NCBI GenBank assembly: GCA_963761305.1 | Contig: CAVXGK010000002.1 | Coordinates: forward strand, 1,248,001-1,312,000 | Reading direction: 5' to 3' | DNA length: 64,000 nt | Source: an uncultured Gemmatimonadaceae bacterium | GTDB taxonomy: Bacteria > Gemmatimonadota > Gemmatimonadetes > Gemmatimonadales > Gemmatimonadaceae | In this document: positions 25,620-37,275 of the stretch, piece after piece | Numbering within the stretch: position 1 is the stretch's first letter | Layout: every line of letters starts with the position of its first letter | The notes under the pieces: model-generated | Databases searched by the model: none | Told to the model about the DNA's origin: nothing | What the model saw: only the letters and a program-made list of their open reading frames with translations | Made by a program: the position numbers and the translations under genes

Positions 25620-26299
25620 GCGGGTCTCGCTCCGAAGAGAATCGTTCCCAAGCGGACGTGCGTCGCGCCCTCTTCGACAGCTACTTCGAAGTCGTTCGAC
25701 ATGCCCATCGACAAGACATTCGCGTCGTGGCCGGCCGCCCGAAGCTGATCGCGCGCACTTCTCGCCCCGGAGAAGACGCGGCGAAGGGTCGATTCGTCAG
25801 CATCGAGCGGCGCCATGGTCATGACGCCGCGCACCCGGATTCCTTTCAGTGTCGACAGGTGCTCGGCTTCGGTCGTAAGCCCGGCGAGTGCAAACCCGCC
25901 CTTGGTTTCTTCGCCCACCACGTTCACCTGCACCAACGCGTCGACCGGCCGGGGCTGCTCGCGGCCGAGCTCGTTCACCGCGTCGGCGAGACGCGCGCTA
26001 TCGAGGGCGTGCAAGAGTTCGAAGCGCGGCAGGTATTTCACCTTGTTGCGCTGAAGGTGTCCAATCAGGTGCCACCGAACCGGCACTGAAATGAGATCCA
26101 TCTTCGGAAGGGCTTCCTGCACTCGGTTCTCGCCGACGTCAGCGAGCCCCGCATCCCAAGCCGACTGTACGGCATCGGGTCCGTGCGTCTTGGTTACTGC
26201 GACGATCGTAACCTGCTGACCGTGACCACCGCGTCGCGTTGCCGCCTCGATTCGGTCTCGGACTTCGCGCAGCCGGTCCGGGAGATCTGGAAACGGCAT
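25616..26299 (-). CDS. yggS: YggS-family pyridoxal phosphate homeostasis protein
   Basis: [38 protein letters not shown]. Confidence 0.95.
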   Translation of the reverse strand: MPFPDLPDRLREVRDRIEAATRRGGHGQQVTIVAVTKTHGPDAVQSAWDAGLADVGENRVQEALPKMDLISVPVRWHLIGHLQRNKVKYLPRFELLHALDSARLADAVNELGREQPRPVDALVQVNVVGEETKGGFALAGLTTEAEHLSTLKGIRVRGVMTMAPLDADESTLRRVFSGARSARDQLRAAGHDANVLSMGMSNDFEVAVEEGATHVRLGTILFGARPA

Positions 26300-26310
26300 A
26301 ACGCACCAAG

Positions 26311-28278
26311 CTACCGTAGGTTACAGAGCGAATCAAGTGAAGCGCTCGGCGGCGCACCGGCCCCTTCGAGATAGCGCGAGGGACATGACAGCAGCCGCAG
26401 GAAGTAGTCGTGGATGGAGTCCGGCTCGTCTTTCGACGTCCGTCCGTGCTGCCACGCGTCGATCGAGCGCGCCACTTTCTCGAGCGCAGCCGTGTCGAGC
26501 GAGAGCTCCATGCGTGCGGCTGAGTCGGCCGGCGACGGCCCGCCGGGCTCGGCGATGGCCACCATCCCGACGACGAGCCAGCGACCGGCCAACGAGCGGC
26601 GCTCCGCGGGTTCGAGCGTGTTGGCCGCCGCGACCGGACGGTTCAGCCGGCGAGCGTCGTCGGCCACGCGCTCGGCGGCCGCAGCCGGTTCGGACGCGAT
26701 GGCCCCGTTGCCGAGCCCGTGGCGCCGACGAAGCTCGTCGAGATACCACGGGGCGCCGAGCAGCGGCAGCGTCACGACCGTCACGTCGCGGCGCTCGCCA
26801 TCGACCTGCTGGGCGAACCACAGCGGATAGGTGTCGTTGTCGCCTTCGACGAAAAGCACGGCATCGCGCGGAAGCGGGTCGAGAAGCTGGCGCGCCGTTT
26901 CCCGGGCGAGGCTCGCGTTGGGCTCCGATCGGCGGTTGACGACATTCCAGTTGAGCAGGATCGGCAGCGCCGCGATCGCGACGCCGAGCCATGCGCGACC
27001 GGTGCGTTGCGCGAGCGCCACCGCGCCCATGCCGGCCCAGATGCCCCACGCCCAGAAGCCGAGCGTGAAGAAGTAGTCGCGATCCCGCGCTTCGTGCGCG
27101 GCGTCGTCGGGAACGAACGACCAGCCGAACGAGCGGCCGGCGCGGAGATTCAGATACGCGATCACGCCGATCGAACCGCAGGTGAAAAGCAGCAGCACCG
27201 CGGTCCACGTGCGACGATCGCGCCGCCGGTGCCACACCGCGCCGGCAACTGCGAGGCCGCCGAACAGGCTCGTCGCCAACACGCGCCACGCATTGGGCAC
27301 GACGTCGGGGTCGAGCGTAAGCGCCCATTGCCAGTCGGCGTACTCGAACCAGTTCGCGAGCTGCAGCCAGATCGGCGCGCGGCGAGGCCACAGTCCGGCG
27401 ACGTCGTACTGCCGGCGCGCGACGACGTACGCGAGCTGGCTCAGCGTCCGTGGGTTCGCCTGGTTGATGGCCGGATCGAATCGCGCCCGGATGATCAGAA
27501 ACGCCGTCGCCGAGAGGGCGACGCCGACGATCGCCAAGGCGCCGACGACGAGCCGCGTTCTCGCGACGCCTGCCGCGTTTTCGCGCGGCGTAACGCGACC
27601 GACGGCCCCGAGCAGCACCAGCAAGAAACCCGCACCGATGACCCACGCCGACATTCGCCCCACGCCGGCCGTCACGACGCTCACACCCGACAGCACGAGC
27701 GCCGTTCGCCGGTCGAACTCGCCGCTGGGTCGCGCCGACGCGAGCCATACCGCCACCGGAGCCGCGACGAGCGCGCTGAGGTGCAGTGGCACCGCGAGAG
27801 CGATGAGGTAAGCGGTGAGGATCGTGTATCGTCGTTCCCCAGTACGCCCGGCGCGATCCGCCGCGACGATGAGTGCAACGGACAGCAGCAGCGACGCGGC
27901 GTAGACCTCGGTTTCGGTCGCGTTCTGCCACACGGTGGACGTCGCGCCGGCGGCGACCCCCGCGGCGAGGCCCATGATCGGTTCGCCCGTCGCGCGCGAA
28001 ATCCAGAGCGCGCTGAGTCCGACCGCCGCCGCGGTACACGCGCCCGAAAAGAGGTTCGTCGCCGTGGCGAACGGGAGGAACCCCAGCACGTGCGCCCACG
28101 CGCTGAGCAGCGCGATGAACAGCGGTGTGCCGGGCGGGTGTGGAATGCCGAGCGTCTTCGCGGCGGCGATGAATTCGCCCGCATCCCAGAACGTGACGCT
28201 CGGCGCGAGCGTCGCGACGTAGACGACGGCGAGCGAACCGGCGGCGAGGAGCGCCGCGCGAGGCGCCGTGAGCGTCAC
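26311..28278 (-). CDS. DUF2723 / TMEM260-like GT-C membrane glycosyltransferase
   Basis: WDAGEF...HPPGTP, ETEVY, many TM helices, GDNDTYPLWF. Confidence 0.82.
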   Translation of the reverse strand: MTLTAPRAALLAAGSLAVVYVATLAPSVTFWDAGEFIAAAKTLGIPHPPGTPLFIALLSAWAHVLGFLPFATATNLFSGACTAAAVGLSALWISRATGEPIMGLAAGVAAGATSTVWQNATETEVYAASLLLSVALIVAADRAGRTGERRYTILTAYLIALAVPLHLSALVAAPVAVWLASARPSGEFDRRTALVLSGVSVVTAGVGRMSAWVIGAGFLLVLLGAVGRVTPRENAAGVARTRLVVGALAIVGVALSATAFLIIRARFDPAINQANPRTLSQLAYVVARRQYDVAGLWPRRAPIWLQLANWFEYADWQWALTLDPDVVPNAWRVLATSLFGGLAVAGAVWHRRRDRRTWTAVLLLFTCGSIGVIAYLNLRAGRSFGWSFVPDDAAHEARDRDYFFTLGFWAWGIWAGMGAVALAQRTGRAWLGVAIAALPILLNWNVVNRRSEPNASLARETARQLLDPLPRDAVLFVEGDNDTYPLWFAQQVDGERRDVTVVTLPLLGAPWYLDELRRRHGLGNGAIASEPAAAAERVADDARRLNRPVAAANTLEPAERRSLAGRWLVVGMVAIAEPGGPSPADSAARMELSLDTAALEKVARSIDAWQHGRTSKDEPDSIHDYFLRLLSCPSRYLEGAGAPPSASLDSLCNLR

Positions 28279-28297
28279 GTCATGCCGTCACGCGCCG

Positions 28298-29104
28298 TCA
28301 TGATGGGACGGCGACTCCAGCTTCGAGTGCGACGTCGCGCAACGCGCGGCCCGCCACCAAATCGCGCACCTGCGCCGGTGTGAATTCGCGCCAGAGCCGT
28401 CCGCCGGACGCCACGGCGATCGCGGCCGTTTGCTCGGAGACGACGAACACCAACGCGTCGGTCTCCTCGGTGAGACCGAGTGCCGCGCGGTGGCGCGTGC
28501 CCAACGAGCGATCGATCATCGACGCCTGCGACAGCGGGAGGATGCACGCCGCCCCGACGATCGTGTCGCCGCGAATGATCACCGCACCGTCGTGCAACGG
28601 AGAGTGCGGCGTGAAGATCGTCGCCAGCAGGTCGGCCGACACCTTGGCCTGCATCTCAGATCCCGAATGCACGTATTCGTCGAGCGACACCTCGCGCTCG
28701 ATGGCGATGATCGCGCCGACGCCCTTTCGGCTCAGCCGTTCGACGGCCTCCGACACGCGGTCGCCGACCTCCGCTTCTTTCATCCGGCCGAAGACCCGCG
28801 AGAACAAGCGCGTCCGCCCGAGCTGGGCGAGCGCGGCGCGAATCTCCGGCGCGAACACCACGAGCAACGCGATGACGCCGTATCCCGAGACGACCGTCAA
28901 CAAATAGATGATCACCGTGAGCTGCAGCATGTAAGCGACGCCGTAGCTCACGACGAGCAGCAGCAGCCCGACGAGCACCTGCAACGCGCGCGTGCGGTGC
29001 ACGAGCAGCAGCACGCGATAAATCACGAACGCGACGATGACGATCTGCAGAAAGTCGCGCCAACCGGGGTGGAGCAAGCGAAACTGCTCGAACAGGCTCA
29101 CCAT
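28298..29104 (-). CDS. cdaA: Diadenylate cyclase CdaA (c-di-AMP synthase)
   Basis: Three N-terminal TM helices, VFAPEIR, SPLHDGA and GTRHRAA catalytic motifs; start at ATG 29104. Confidence 0.94.
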   Translation of the reverse strand: MVSLFEQFRLLHPGWRDFLQIVIVAFVIYRVLLLVHRTRALQVLVGLLLLVVSYGVAYMLQLTVIIYLLTVVSGYGVIALLVVFAPEIRAALAQLGRTRLFSRVFGRMKEAEVGDRVSEAVERLSRKGVGAIIAIEREVSLDEYVHSGSEMQAKVSADLLATIFTPHSPLHDGAVIIRGDTIVGAACILPLSQASMIDRSLGTRHRAALGLTEETDALVFVVSEQTAAIAVASGGRLWREFTPAQVRDLVAGRALRDVALEAGVAVPS

Positions 29105-30024
29105 GCGGCGTTCCCCGCTGCGCCGCGCATGATTGCCCACGCGACGTCCAACGCGTCGCGCGACGGCTTCACGTCGTGCACGCGAAAGAGACGCGCGCCG
29201 CGCTCCAGCGCCGCCACGTTGGCCCCGACAGTGCCGCCGACTCGCTCCGCCGGAACAGCGACACCGGTGATGTCGCCGATGAATCGCTTTCGCGACGCTC
29301 CCACGAGCACCGGATAGCCCAACTCCACCAGGCGCGGCAGCTCCGACAACGCCGCGATCGACACCGCGCTTCGTTTGGAGAATCCGATGCCGGGATCGAG
29401 CACGATCCGGTCGGCCGCGACGCCGACGTGCAGCGCGATGCCGGCGGCCGCGCGCAGTTCCGCGATGACTTCACCCACGGGGTCGTCGCCGTACGTGGCG
29501 TGGGCGTACGTCGCCATGCTGGCAACGTCGCCACGCGCGTGCGTCAGGACAACCCCCGCGCCCGACGACGCGCATACCCGCGCCATCGCGTCGTCGAGCC
29601 GGAACGCCGACACGTCGTTCACGATCGACGCCCCGGCCTCGAGCGACGCATAGGCAACCGCGGCCTTGGTCGTGTCCACCGAGATGGGAATGGCCGGGTG
29701 GTCGCGCCGCACCGCCGCTATGACCGGCACCACGCGGCGCTGCTCCTCGTCCGCGTCGACCGCCTGAGCCCCCTGCGGCCGCGTCGATTCGCCGCCGACA
29801 TCGATGACGTCGGCGCCCTCGGCCACCAAGCGATCGACGTGACGCCGCGCGTCGTCTACCGTGACGAGACGCCCGCCGTCGCTGAAACTGTCGGGCGTGA
29901 CGTTCACGATGCCGACAATACGCGGACGGTCGAGCGTGAGCGCGCCGGTCGCGTGTCGCCACGCCGCGGCGGCCGCCCCGCTGTCAGCGCTCTGGTTGCC
30001 CAAGGTTGCCCGCGGCTCGTTCAT
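29098..30024 (-). CDS. folP: Dihydropteroate synthase
   Basis: NVTPDSFSDGG, DVGGESTRP, SVDT, LDPGIGF, GASRKRF, RVHDV. Confidence 0.96.
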   Translation of the reverse strand: MNEPRATLGNQSADSGAAAAAWRHATGALTLDRPRIVGIVNVTPDSFSDGGRLVTVDDARRHVDRLVAEGADVIDVGGESTRPQGAQAVDADEEQRRVVPVIAAVRRDHPAIPISVDTTKAAVAYASLEAGASIVNDVSAFRLDDAMARVCASSGAGVVLTHARGDVASMATYAHATYGDDPVGEVIAELRAAAGIALHVGVAADRIVLDPGIGFSKRSAVSIAALSELPRLVELGYPVLVGASRKRFIGDITGVAVPAERVGGTVGANVAALERGARLFRVHDVKPSRDALDVAWAIMRGAAGNAAW

Positions 30025-30042
30025 CGTTCTTGGCCAAAGTGA

Positions 30043-30072
30043 AAACGGGAGTCTCTGGTGAGACTCCCGTTT
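30043..30072 (-). terminator. Intrinsic terminator downstream of ftsH
   Basis: AAACGGGAGTCTC-TGGT-GAGACTCCCGTTT perfect stem; on the minus strand it ends in TTTTCACTTT. Confidence 0.8.
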
Positions 30073-30093
30073 GTCGTGTCCGATCCGATCGCC

Positions 30094-32084
<1,991 letters not shown>

Positions 32085-32085
<1 letters not shown>

Positions 32086-32636
32086 TACCGCAAGCTCGCT
32101 ATGTACGGAAGGTGCCTGAAGTTCTCTGCGTGATCCAAACCATACCCCACGAGGAACTCGTTGGGTGCATCAAACCCGATGAATCGAGTGGGATGCCGAA
32201 GTTCCGTGGCGATGTGCTTATGAAGCAACGCGCATATCTCCAAGGTTCGCGGCTTCCGTGCCCACAGCAAATCCATGAGTCGGTTCAGCGTACGGCCCGT
32301 ATCTACGATGTCTTCGACGAGGAGAATGTCCTTGCCCTCGAGCTCGGTTTCCGGATCGTACACCAAGCGCACGTTGCCGCTGGAAACCGTCGCGTCTCCA
32401 TAACTCGAAGCCACCAGGAAATCGACTTGCAGAGGGCGCCGGATTTGGCGCACCAGGTCACTGAGAAATATAAAGCTGCCCTTCAAGAGACCGAGCACGA
32501 GGAGGTCGCCCTCGGGGTATACGTCGGTGATTTCCGCCCCCAATTGGCCGACTCGCGTCGCGATTTCCCCTTCAGAGTAGACGATTCGTCGAACGTCGCG
32601 ACCCAGAAGCCGCGGATCAGCCGATATGGCGTTCAC
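32085..32636 (-). CDS. hpt: Hypoxanthine phosphoribosyltransferase
   Basis: LLKGSFIF, ILLVEDIVDTGRT PRPP motif, FLVGYGLD. Confidence 0.96.
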
Positions 32637-33939
32637 AGGAAAAAGTTAAGGTCGGTCTGCCCCCCGCTGACCGCTCGGTTGCCGCGCCGCTGCGGCGAAC
32701 ACCTGGAACCCAGACGATCTGATCCCCACACAGTACTACGGGCCAACCGCCTCGTTCGTGACCCGTCACACCAGCATCGTTCAAAAGCCGCTTCACTTTG
32801 CGCCCTGGCCTTCCCGAGGCGCCCGCAATCCGGTCCCCAGGGCGCCAGCCCCGAACTCGCAGGGGTTCATCGACCGGAAGCTGTGCGTTCCATCCCGACG
32901 GTTCGTCCCGCCAACCTCGGTTCATGCCAGCCGACCAGAACGTCCAGCGCCCCCACGTCGTATACGCTGTCCGATCCAACTCCGCTTCACCCGCGTTCTC
33001 GCTCTGGGACGCGCGAAGCCGAAGTGCATGGCGCGACCGCACGACCTCCCAGCCGCCGGAGAGCTGAATCCGAGAGCCCACGCGCGACGTCTGCGAGAAC
33101 GACGCGAGTCGGCCGATCCCACGGCGATCGAGGGTCGCTCCGACTCTCGCCGCCACCGCGGGCCACAGAACGCCGAGCTGCGCGGCATCCAGCCCATCGA
33201 TCGTTCCCACGCCGACGTCCACCGCTCTCTCTTCTCGGTCCACCGTGGATACGAGTTGCGCGATGGTCTCGGTTTCACGCCGCCAAGTCGCGGCGCGCTC
33301 TCCAATCTCCAGCAACTCACGATCGATGCCCGGACTCACCGAGCGCAGCGCCGGCAGGATATCGTGACGAATACGGTTTCGTAAGAAACGACGCGCCACG
33401 TTCGTTGGATCCTCGACCCATTCGAGCCTGCGCTTCGTCGCATAGTCCAGCAATGCGGCGCGCCGCAGCGCGAGCAACGGGCGCAGCACGTCGCTCGGCG
33501 CCAGCAATCCGGCGAGACCGCGTGCCCCCGCCTCGCGAAGCGTGCGCATGAGCACCGTCTCGATTTGATCGTCGGCGGTGTGCGCCGTCGCGATCGACGC
33601 GCTTCGCGACCGACCCACGTCGCGCAGGAACGTCCATCGGGCTTCGCGCCACGCGGCTTCCGTGGCGGCGGTCGACGCATGCGGCGCGCGCCCGGCGACG
33701 CAGTCGATGCCGCGATCGCGAGCCGCTCGCTGCACGAGCGCGCACGCCTCCGTCGCCGCGGCGCCGGTGCCATGGTCGAACGTCGCGACGACGAGACGGC
33801 TCGCGCCGAGCGCCGAGGCGGCCGCGTCGAGCAGGACCATGGAGTCGAGCCCGCCGGAGACCGCGAGCACGACGCGCTCGTGGCGCGCGAGCGACACGCC
33901 GACGGCGCGGCGAATCGAGACAGCGGACGCGGAGGGCAC
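32617..33939 (-). CDS. tilS: tRNA(Ile)-lysidine synthetase
   Basis: PP-loop SGGLDS, AHTADDQIET, RPLL, EDPTN...RNRIR, C-terminal KVKRLL...WVPG. Start uncertain (GTG 33939 or 33999). Confidence 0.93.
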   Translation of the reverse strand: MPSASAVSIRRAVGVSLARHERVVLAVSGGLDSMVLLDAAASALGASRLVVATFDHGTGAAATEACALVQRAARDRGIDCVAGRAPHASTAATEAAWREARWTFLRDVGRSRSASIATAHTADDQIETVLMRTLREAGARGLAGLLAPSDVLRPLLALRRAALLDYATKRRLEWVEDPTNVARRFLRNRIRHDILPALRSVSPGIDRELLEIGERAATWRRETETIAQLVSTVDREERAVDVGVGTIDGLDAAQLGVLWPAVAARVGATLDRRGIGRLASFSQTSRVGSRIQLSGGWEVVRSRHALRLRASQSENAGEAELDRTAYTTWGRWTFWSAGMNRGWRDEPSGWNAQLPVDEPLRVRGWRPGDRIAGASGRPGRKVKRLLNDAGVTGHERGGWPVVLCGDQIVWVPGVRRSGAATERSAGGRPTLTFSCERHIG

Positions 33940-34001
33940 GTGCGCAAGATAGCCCGGATGGCTATACTTCTCGCGCTGGCTCACCCGTCTGGAGGGCACA
34001 C

Positions 34002-34172
34002 TTGGAGACGCACGGTCCTTTCGGAACTCTCTGGGTCGGTCTTGGACTCGGCTGCTTCTATATCGCGTTGATCTGGCTGAACACGCTGCTGGGCTTCTTC
34101 CTCACGCCGCTGTTCATCATTCCAGCCACGTGGCTGCAGGACCGTTTCGCGCCGGCGCGAAGCAAGGAATAG
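34002..34172 (+). CDS. Small (56 aa) hydrophobic membrane protein, absent from the ORF track
   Basis: GGAGGG at 33991-33996, TTG at 34002, METHGPFGTLWVGLGLGCFYIALIWLNTLLGFFLTPLFIIPATWLQDRFAPARSKE, TAG at 34170-34172; TATACT at 33963-33968. Confidence 0.7.
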   Translation: METHGPFGTLWVGLGLGCFYIALIWLNTLLGFFLTPLFIIPATWLQDRFAPARSKE

Positions 34173-37087
34173 GAGCGCGCACGAAAGCGCGCGCCGTCGC
34201 GCTTCTGCTCGCCGCGGCACTCCCGGCTCACGCGCAGTTCGTCGTCCGATCGTGGCTGCCGTGGCGCACCATCGAAACGCGCCACTTCGAGTTTCATTAC
34301 CCGCTCCCGCTCGAGGAGTGGACGCGCCACATCGCCGCGCGCGCCGACGCGATCGATTCCGCCGTTACGCGCATCGTCGGCTACACGCCGTCGGCCAAGA
34401 CGCAGGTAGTCGTCGACAATCCATACTCGTTCGCCAACGGGTCGGCATGGCCGTTCTTGAACCAGCCGGCCATCAACCTGTGGGCCGTCCCGCCCGATCC
34501 GCGCGACGACATCGGCGAGTTTCGCGATTGGGGCGAGATGCTCGTGTCGCACGAGTTCGGCCACATCGCGCACCTCACGCGGCCGTCTCGCAGCGCGTCG
34601 TACACGGAACTGTGGCGGGCGTTGCCGGTGCAGATCGGACCGATCGCCGAACGCGCGCCGCGCTGGGTGATCGAGGGCTACGCCACCTTCATCGAAGGAC
34701 GCGTCACCGGATCCGGGCGGCCGCACGGCGTCTGGCGACCGGCGCTGCTTCGCGAGCTCGCGCTCGAGGGACAGCTTCCGCGATATGAGAATCTGAATTC
34801 GTCCGGCGCGTTCGAGGGCGGGTCGTTCGCCTACCTCGCGGGCTCGGCGTTTCTCGAATGGCTCGCCGATCAGCACGGGGACTCGAGCCTCATCCTGGTG
34901 TGGCGACGTTTGAGCGCGCGGCAGAACCGTTCGTTCGACGAAGCCTTCCGAGGCGTGTTTGGCGAAAGTCCGGCGACGCTCTATGGACGATTCACCGTCG
35001 ACGTCACCGAACGGGCGCTCGCCGCACGCCGCACGATGGGCGTCCGCGCCGACACCGGCAGCATTGTGCAGCGTCTCTCGTGGTACACCGGCGATCCGGC
35101 CATCTCGCCCAACGGGAAGCGCGCGGCCATCGTGCTGCGCTCGCCGACGATGCCGGCGCGCGTCGTCGTGTGGAACACCGCCGCCGAGCCCGACACCGGA
35201 CGTGCGAAACGCGACTCGATTCTCCGCGCGCGCGACTCGGCCGACGTGCCGGCGAAGGCGATCTACCCGCCGCCGAAGCACGTCATCGCCACCCTGAAAG
35301 TGATTGCCGGCTCGGCGTACGAGTCGCCGCGTTTTCTGCGTGACGGCCGCATCCTCGTCTCGAGAAACACGGCGCGCGGCGATGGCTCGCTCGTCCCCGA
35401 CCTCTACATATGGAATGTCGAGCGCTCCTCGGTCCATCGCGTCACGCACGGCGCGGCGCTGACGAACGCCGACCCGCTCCCCAACGGACACGGCGCGATC
35501 GCGACCCGCTGTCGCTCGGGTTGGTGCGAGCTGGTCGCGGTGAGTCTCGACGACGGGTCGGTCCGCGTGATCGATCGCGGCGGGCCGGAAGAGTCGTACT
35601 ATCGGCCACGCGTGTCCCCCGACGGCGCGAAGGCCGTCGTGTCGGTGCACACGCGCGACGGCTGGCGACTTCGCGTGGTGGACCTGGCACGCGGAATGTC
35701 GAATCCCGTCGCGAACCTCGAGAACGTCGACGCGTACGACGCCGCGTGGCTCGACTCGACGTCCGTCGTCGCGACCACGAACGCGAGCGGCGTACCGCAG
35801 ATCGAGCGCGTGAATCTCTCGAGCAATCAACGAGAGCAAATCACCAACGTCCTCGGCGCCGCCGTGGCCGCGGAACCAAACCGCTCCGACGGCGGCGTGT
35901 GGTTCCTCTCGCTCTATTCCCGCGGCTACGACCTGCGTCGCGTGGAATCCAAGGCAGTCGTCGCGCTCGCCGGTCCGGCGGATGCCGCGCTGACCCCGGC
36001 TGCGACGGTCACTCCGACGATCGCCGCGCCGTTCGCCATCAACGCCGTGACGGCGCCGCGACCCTACGCGCTCGAGCCGCGTTTCTTCCGTTGGCTGCCG
36101 GTGCCGCGCGCCGACGCCGACGGCGTAGGAGCGGAGCTCGCGCTCTCGAGCCGCGATCTCATCGGTCGCAGCGCGTTGATGCTGCGCGGTGCGCTCGGTT
36201 CGCCGGCCGAGTGGAGCGGCGGCGCGGCAAGTGCCGAATGGTTCGGGACGAGGCCCGGCTTTCGACTCGACCTCTTTGGCGCGACGCAACGCACGTCGTC
36301 GCTCGCGAACGACGTCGCCACGCCACGATTCGATTCACGTCTCGCCGGCGGCTCGCTGATGCTCGACGGCTCCCTACTCTACGACGCGTGGACGCTGCGC
36401 TATCGCGCTGGAGGCAGCGTGGCCGACTTGAGTCTCGCAAATCCGGACGCCGAGCAGGTGCCGCGCGCCACGACGAGACGCGCCGTCGCCTTCGCCGCCG
36501 CGAGCCTCGGCGCCGTGCAACGCAGCGACGCGGCGACGCTCACCGAATCGCTGAGCGCGCGCGGCACCGCCGGCAGCGAGTTCAACGCGCCCGTCCGCCG
36601 CATCGTGGCGACTGCGGCGCTGTCGCTCTCGGGCAGCGGGACCATTCCGCTTTCAGTCGCCTCGACCTATGCCCGAGTGAACGCCGACGCGCCGGTGTTC
36701 GAGCAGCCCGCCATCGGCGGCGGTCCGGTGACCATCCTCCCGTCCGACGTGCTGTCGCAGCGGCTGGAGATGCCGGCGCTTCCGTCGGCGATCAGCGTGG
36801 GACCATCAGCGTTTGTGTATCGCGTTGCGCTGGACACTCGACCCCTCGCGCTCTACTGGTGGGGCGGCAGCACGGCTTCGCTGGTCTGCTCGCCGATCTG
36901 TCCTGCCTTGGAGTCGAAGTTCTCGCGGTGGAACCGCGTGGCCGGTGCGGAATGGACGGCGTCGGTTGCGTCGATTCCCATGGCCGGAACGCCGGCGGTT
37001 CGCACCAGAGTCGGCATCGGCGAGTCGATCGACGCCCCACTCCGCCATCGCCTCGTCGCATACGTCGGAGTCGTCCTCGACCCCTAG
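34130..37087 (+). CDS. Exported protein: gluzincin-like peptidase domain + TolB/PD40-like beta-propeller + probable beta-rich outer-membrane C-terminus
   Basis: Signal peptide ...AVALLLAAALPAHA/QF; HEFGH...WVIEG; PAISPNGK and PRVSPDGAK repeats; amphipathic beta pattern at the C-terminus. True start may be near 34181. Confidence 0.7.
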   Translation: MAAGPFRAGAKQGIGARTKARAVALLLAAALPAHAQFVVRSWLPWRTIETRHFEFHYPLPLEEWTRHIAARADAIDSAVTRIVGYTPSAKTQVVVDNPYSFANGSAWPFLNQPAINLWAVPPDPRDDIGEFRDWGEMLVSHEFGHIAHLTRPSRSASYTELWRALPVQIGPIAERAPRWVIEGYATFIEGRVTGSGRPHGVWRPALLRELALEGQLPRYENLNSSGAFEGGSFAYLAGSAFLEWLADQHGDSSLILVWRRLSARQNRSFDEAFRGVFGESPATLYGRFTVDVTERALAARRTMGVRADTGSIVQRLSWYTGDPAISPNGKRAAIVLRSPTMPARVVVWNTAAEPDTGRAKRDSILRARDSADVPAKAIYPPPKHVIATLKVIAGSAYESPRFLRDGRILVSRNTARGDGSLVPDLYIWNVERSSVHRVTHGAALTNADPLPNGHGAIATRCRSGWCELVAVSLDDGSVRVIDRGGPEESYYRPRVSPDGAKAVVSVHTRDGWRLRVVDLARGMSNPVANLENVDAYDAAWLDSTSVVATTNASGVPQIERVNLSSNQREQITNVLGAAVAAEPNRSDGGVWFLSLYSRGYDLRRVESKAVVALAGPADAALTPAATVTPTIAAPFAINAVTAPRPYALEPRFFRWLPVPRADADGVGAELALSSRDLIGRSALMLRGALGSPAEWSGGAASAEWFGTRPGFRLDLFGATQRTSSLANDVATPRFDSRLAGGSLMLDGSLLYDAWTLRYRAGGSVADLSLANPDAEQVPRATTRRAVAFAAASLGAVQRSDAATLTESLSARGTAGSEFNAPVRRIVATAALSLSGSGTIPLSVASTYARVNADAPVFEQPAIGGGPVTILPSDVLSQRLEMPALPSAISVGPSAFVYRVALDTRPLALYWWGGSTASLVCSPICPALESKFSRWNRVAGAEWTASVASIPMAGTPAVRTRVGIGESIDAPLRHRLVAYVGVVLDP

Positions 37088-37275
37088 TCGCGTGCGAACG
37101 CGCAAGGGGACTGCGACGCCTCGGGTGTTCGACTACGACATCTGACGTACTTGTTATTCCCCGGCTGTCTTTTATGATCGAGGGCGCTCTCCGGCGTGCC
37201 CTTCTCCGGAAGCGCCGGGCGGTTGTCCCACCCACCTGACCCGTTCCGGGTTCTTCCCCCCTCACGGAGGCCTGC

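Noticed and set aside
33981..34220. 79-aa minus-strand ORF upstream of tilS
   Set aside because: Antisense to the better-supported 56-aa plus-strand membrane ORF, which has an SD.
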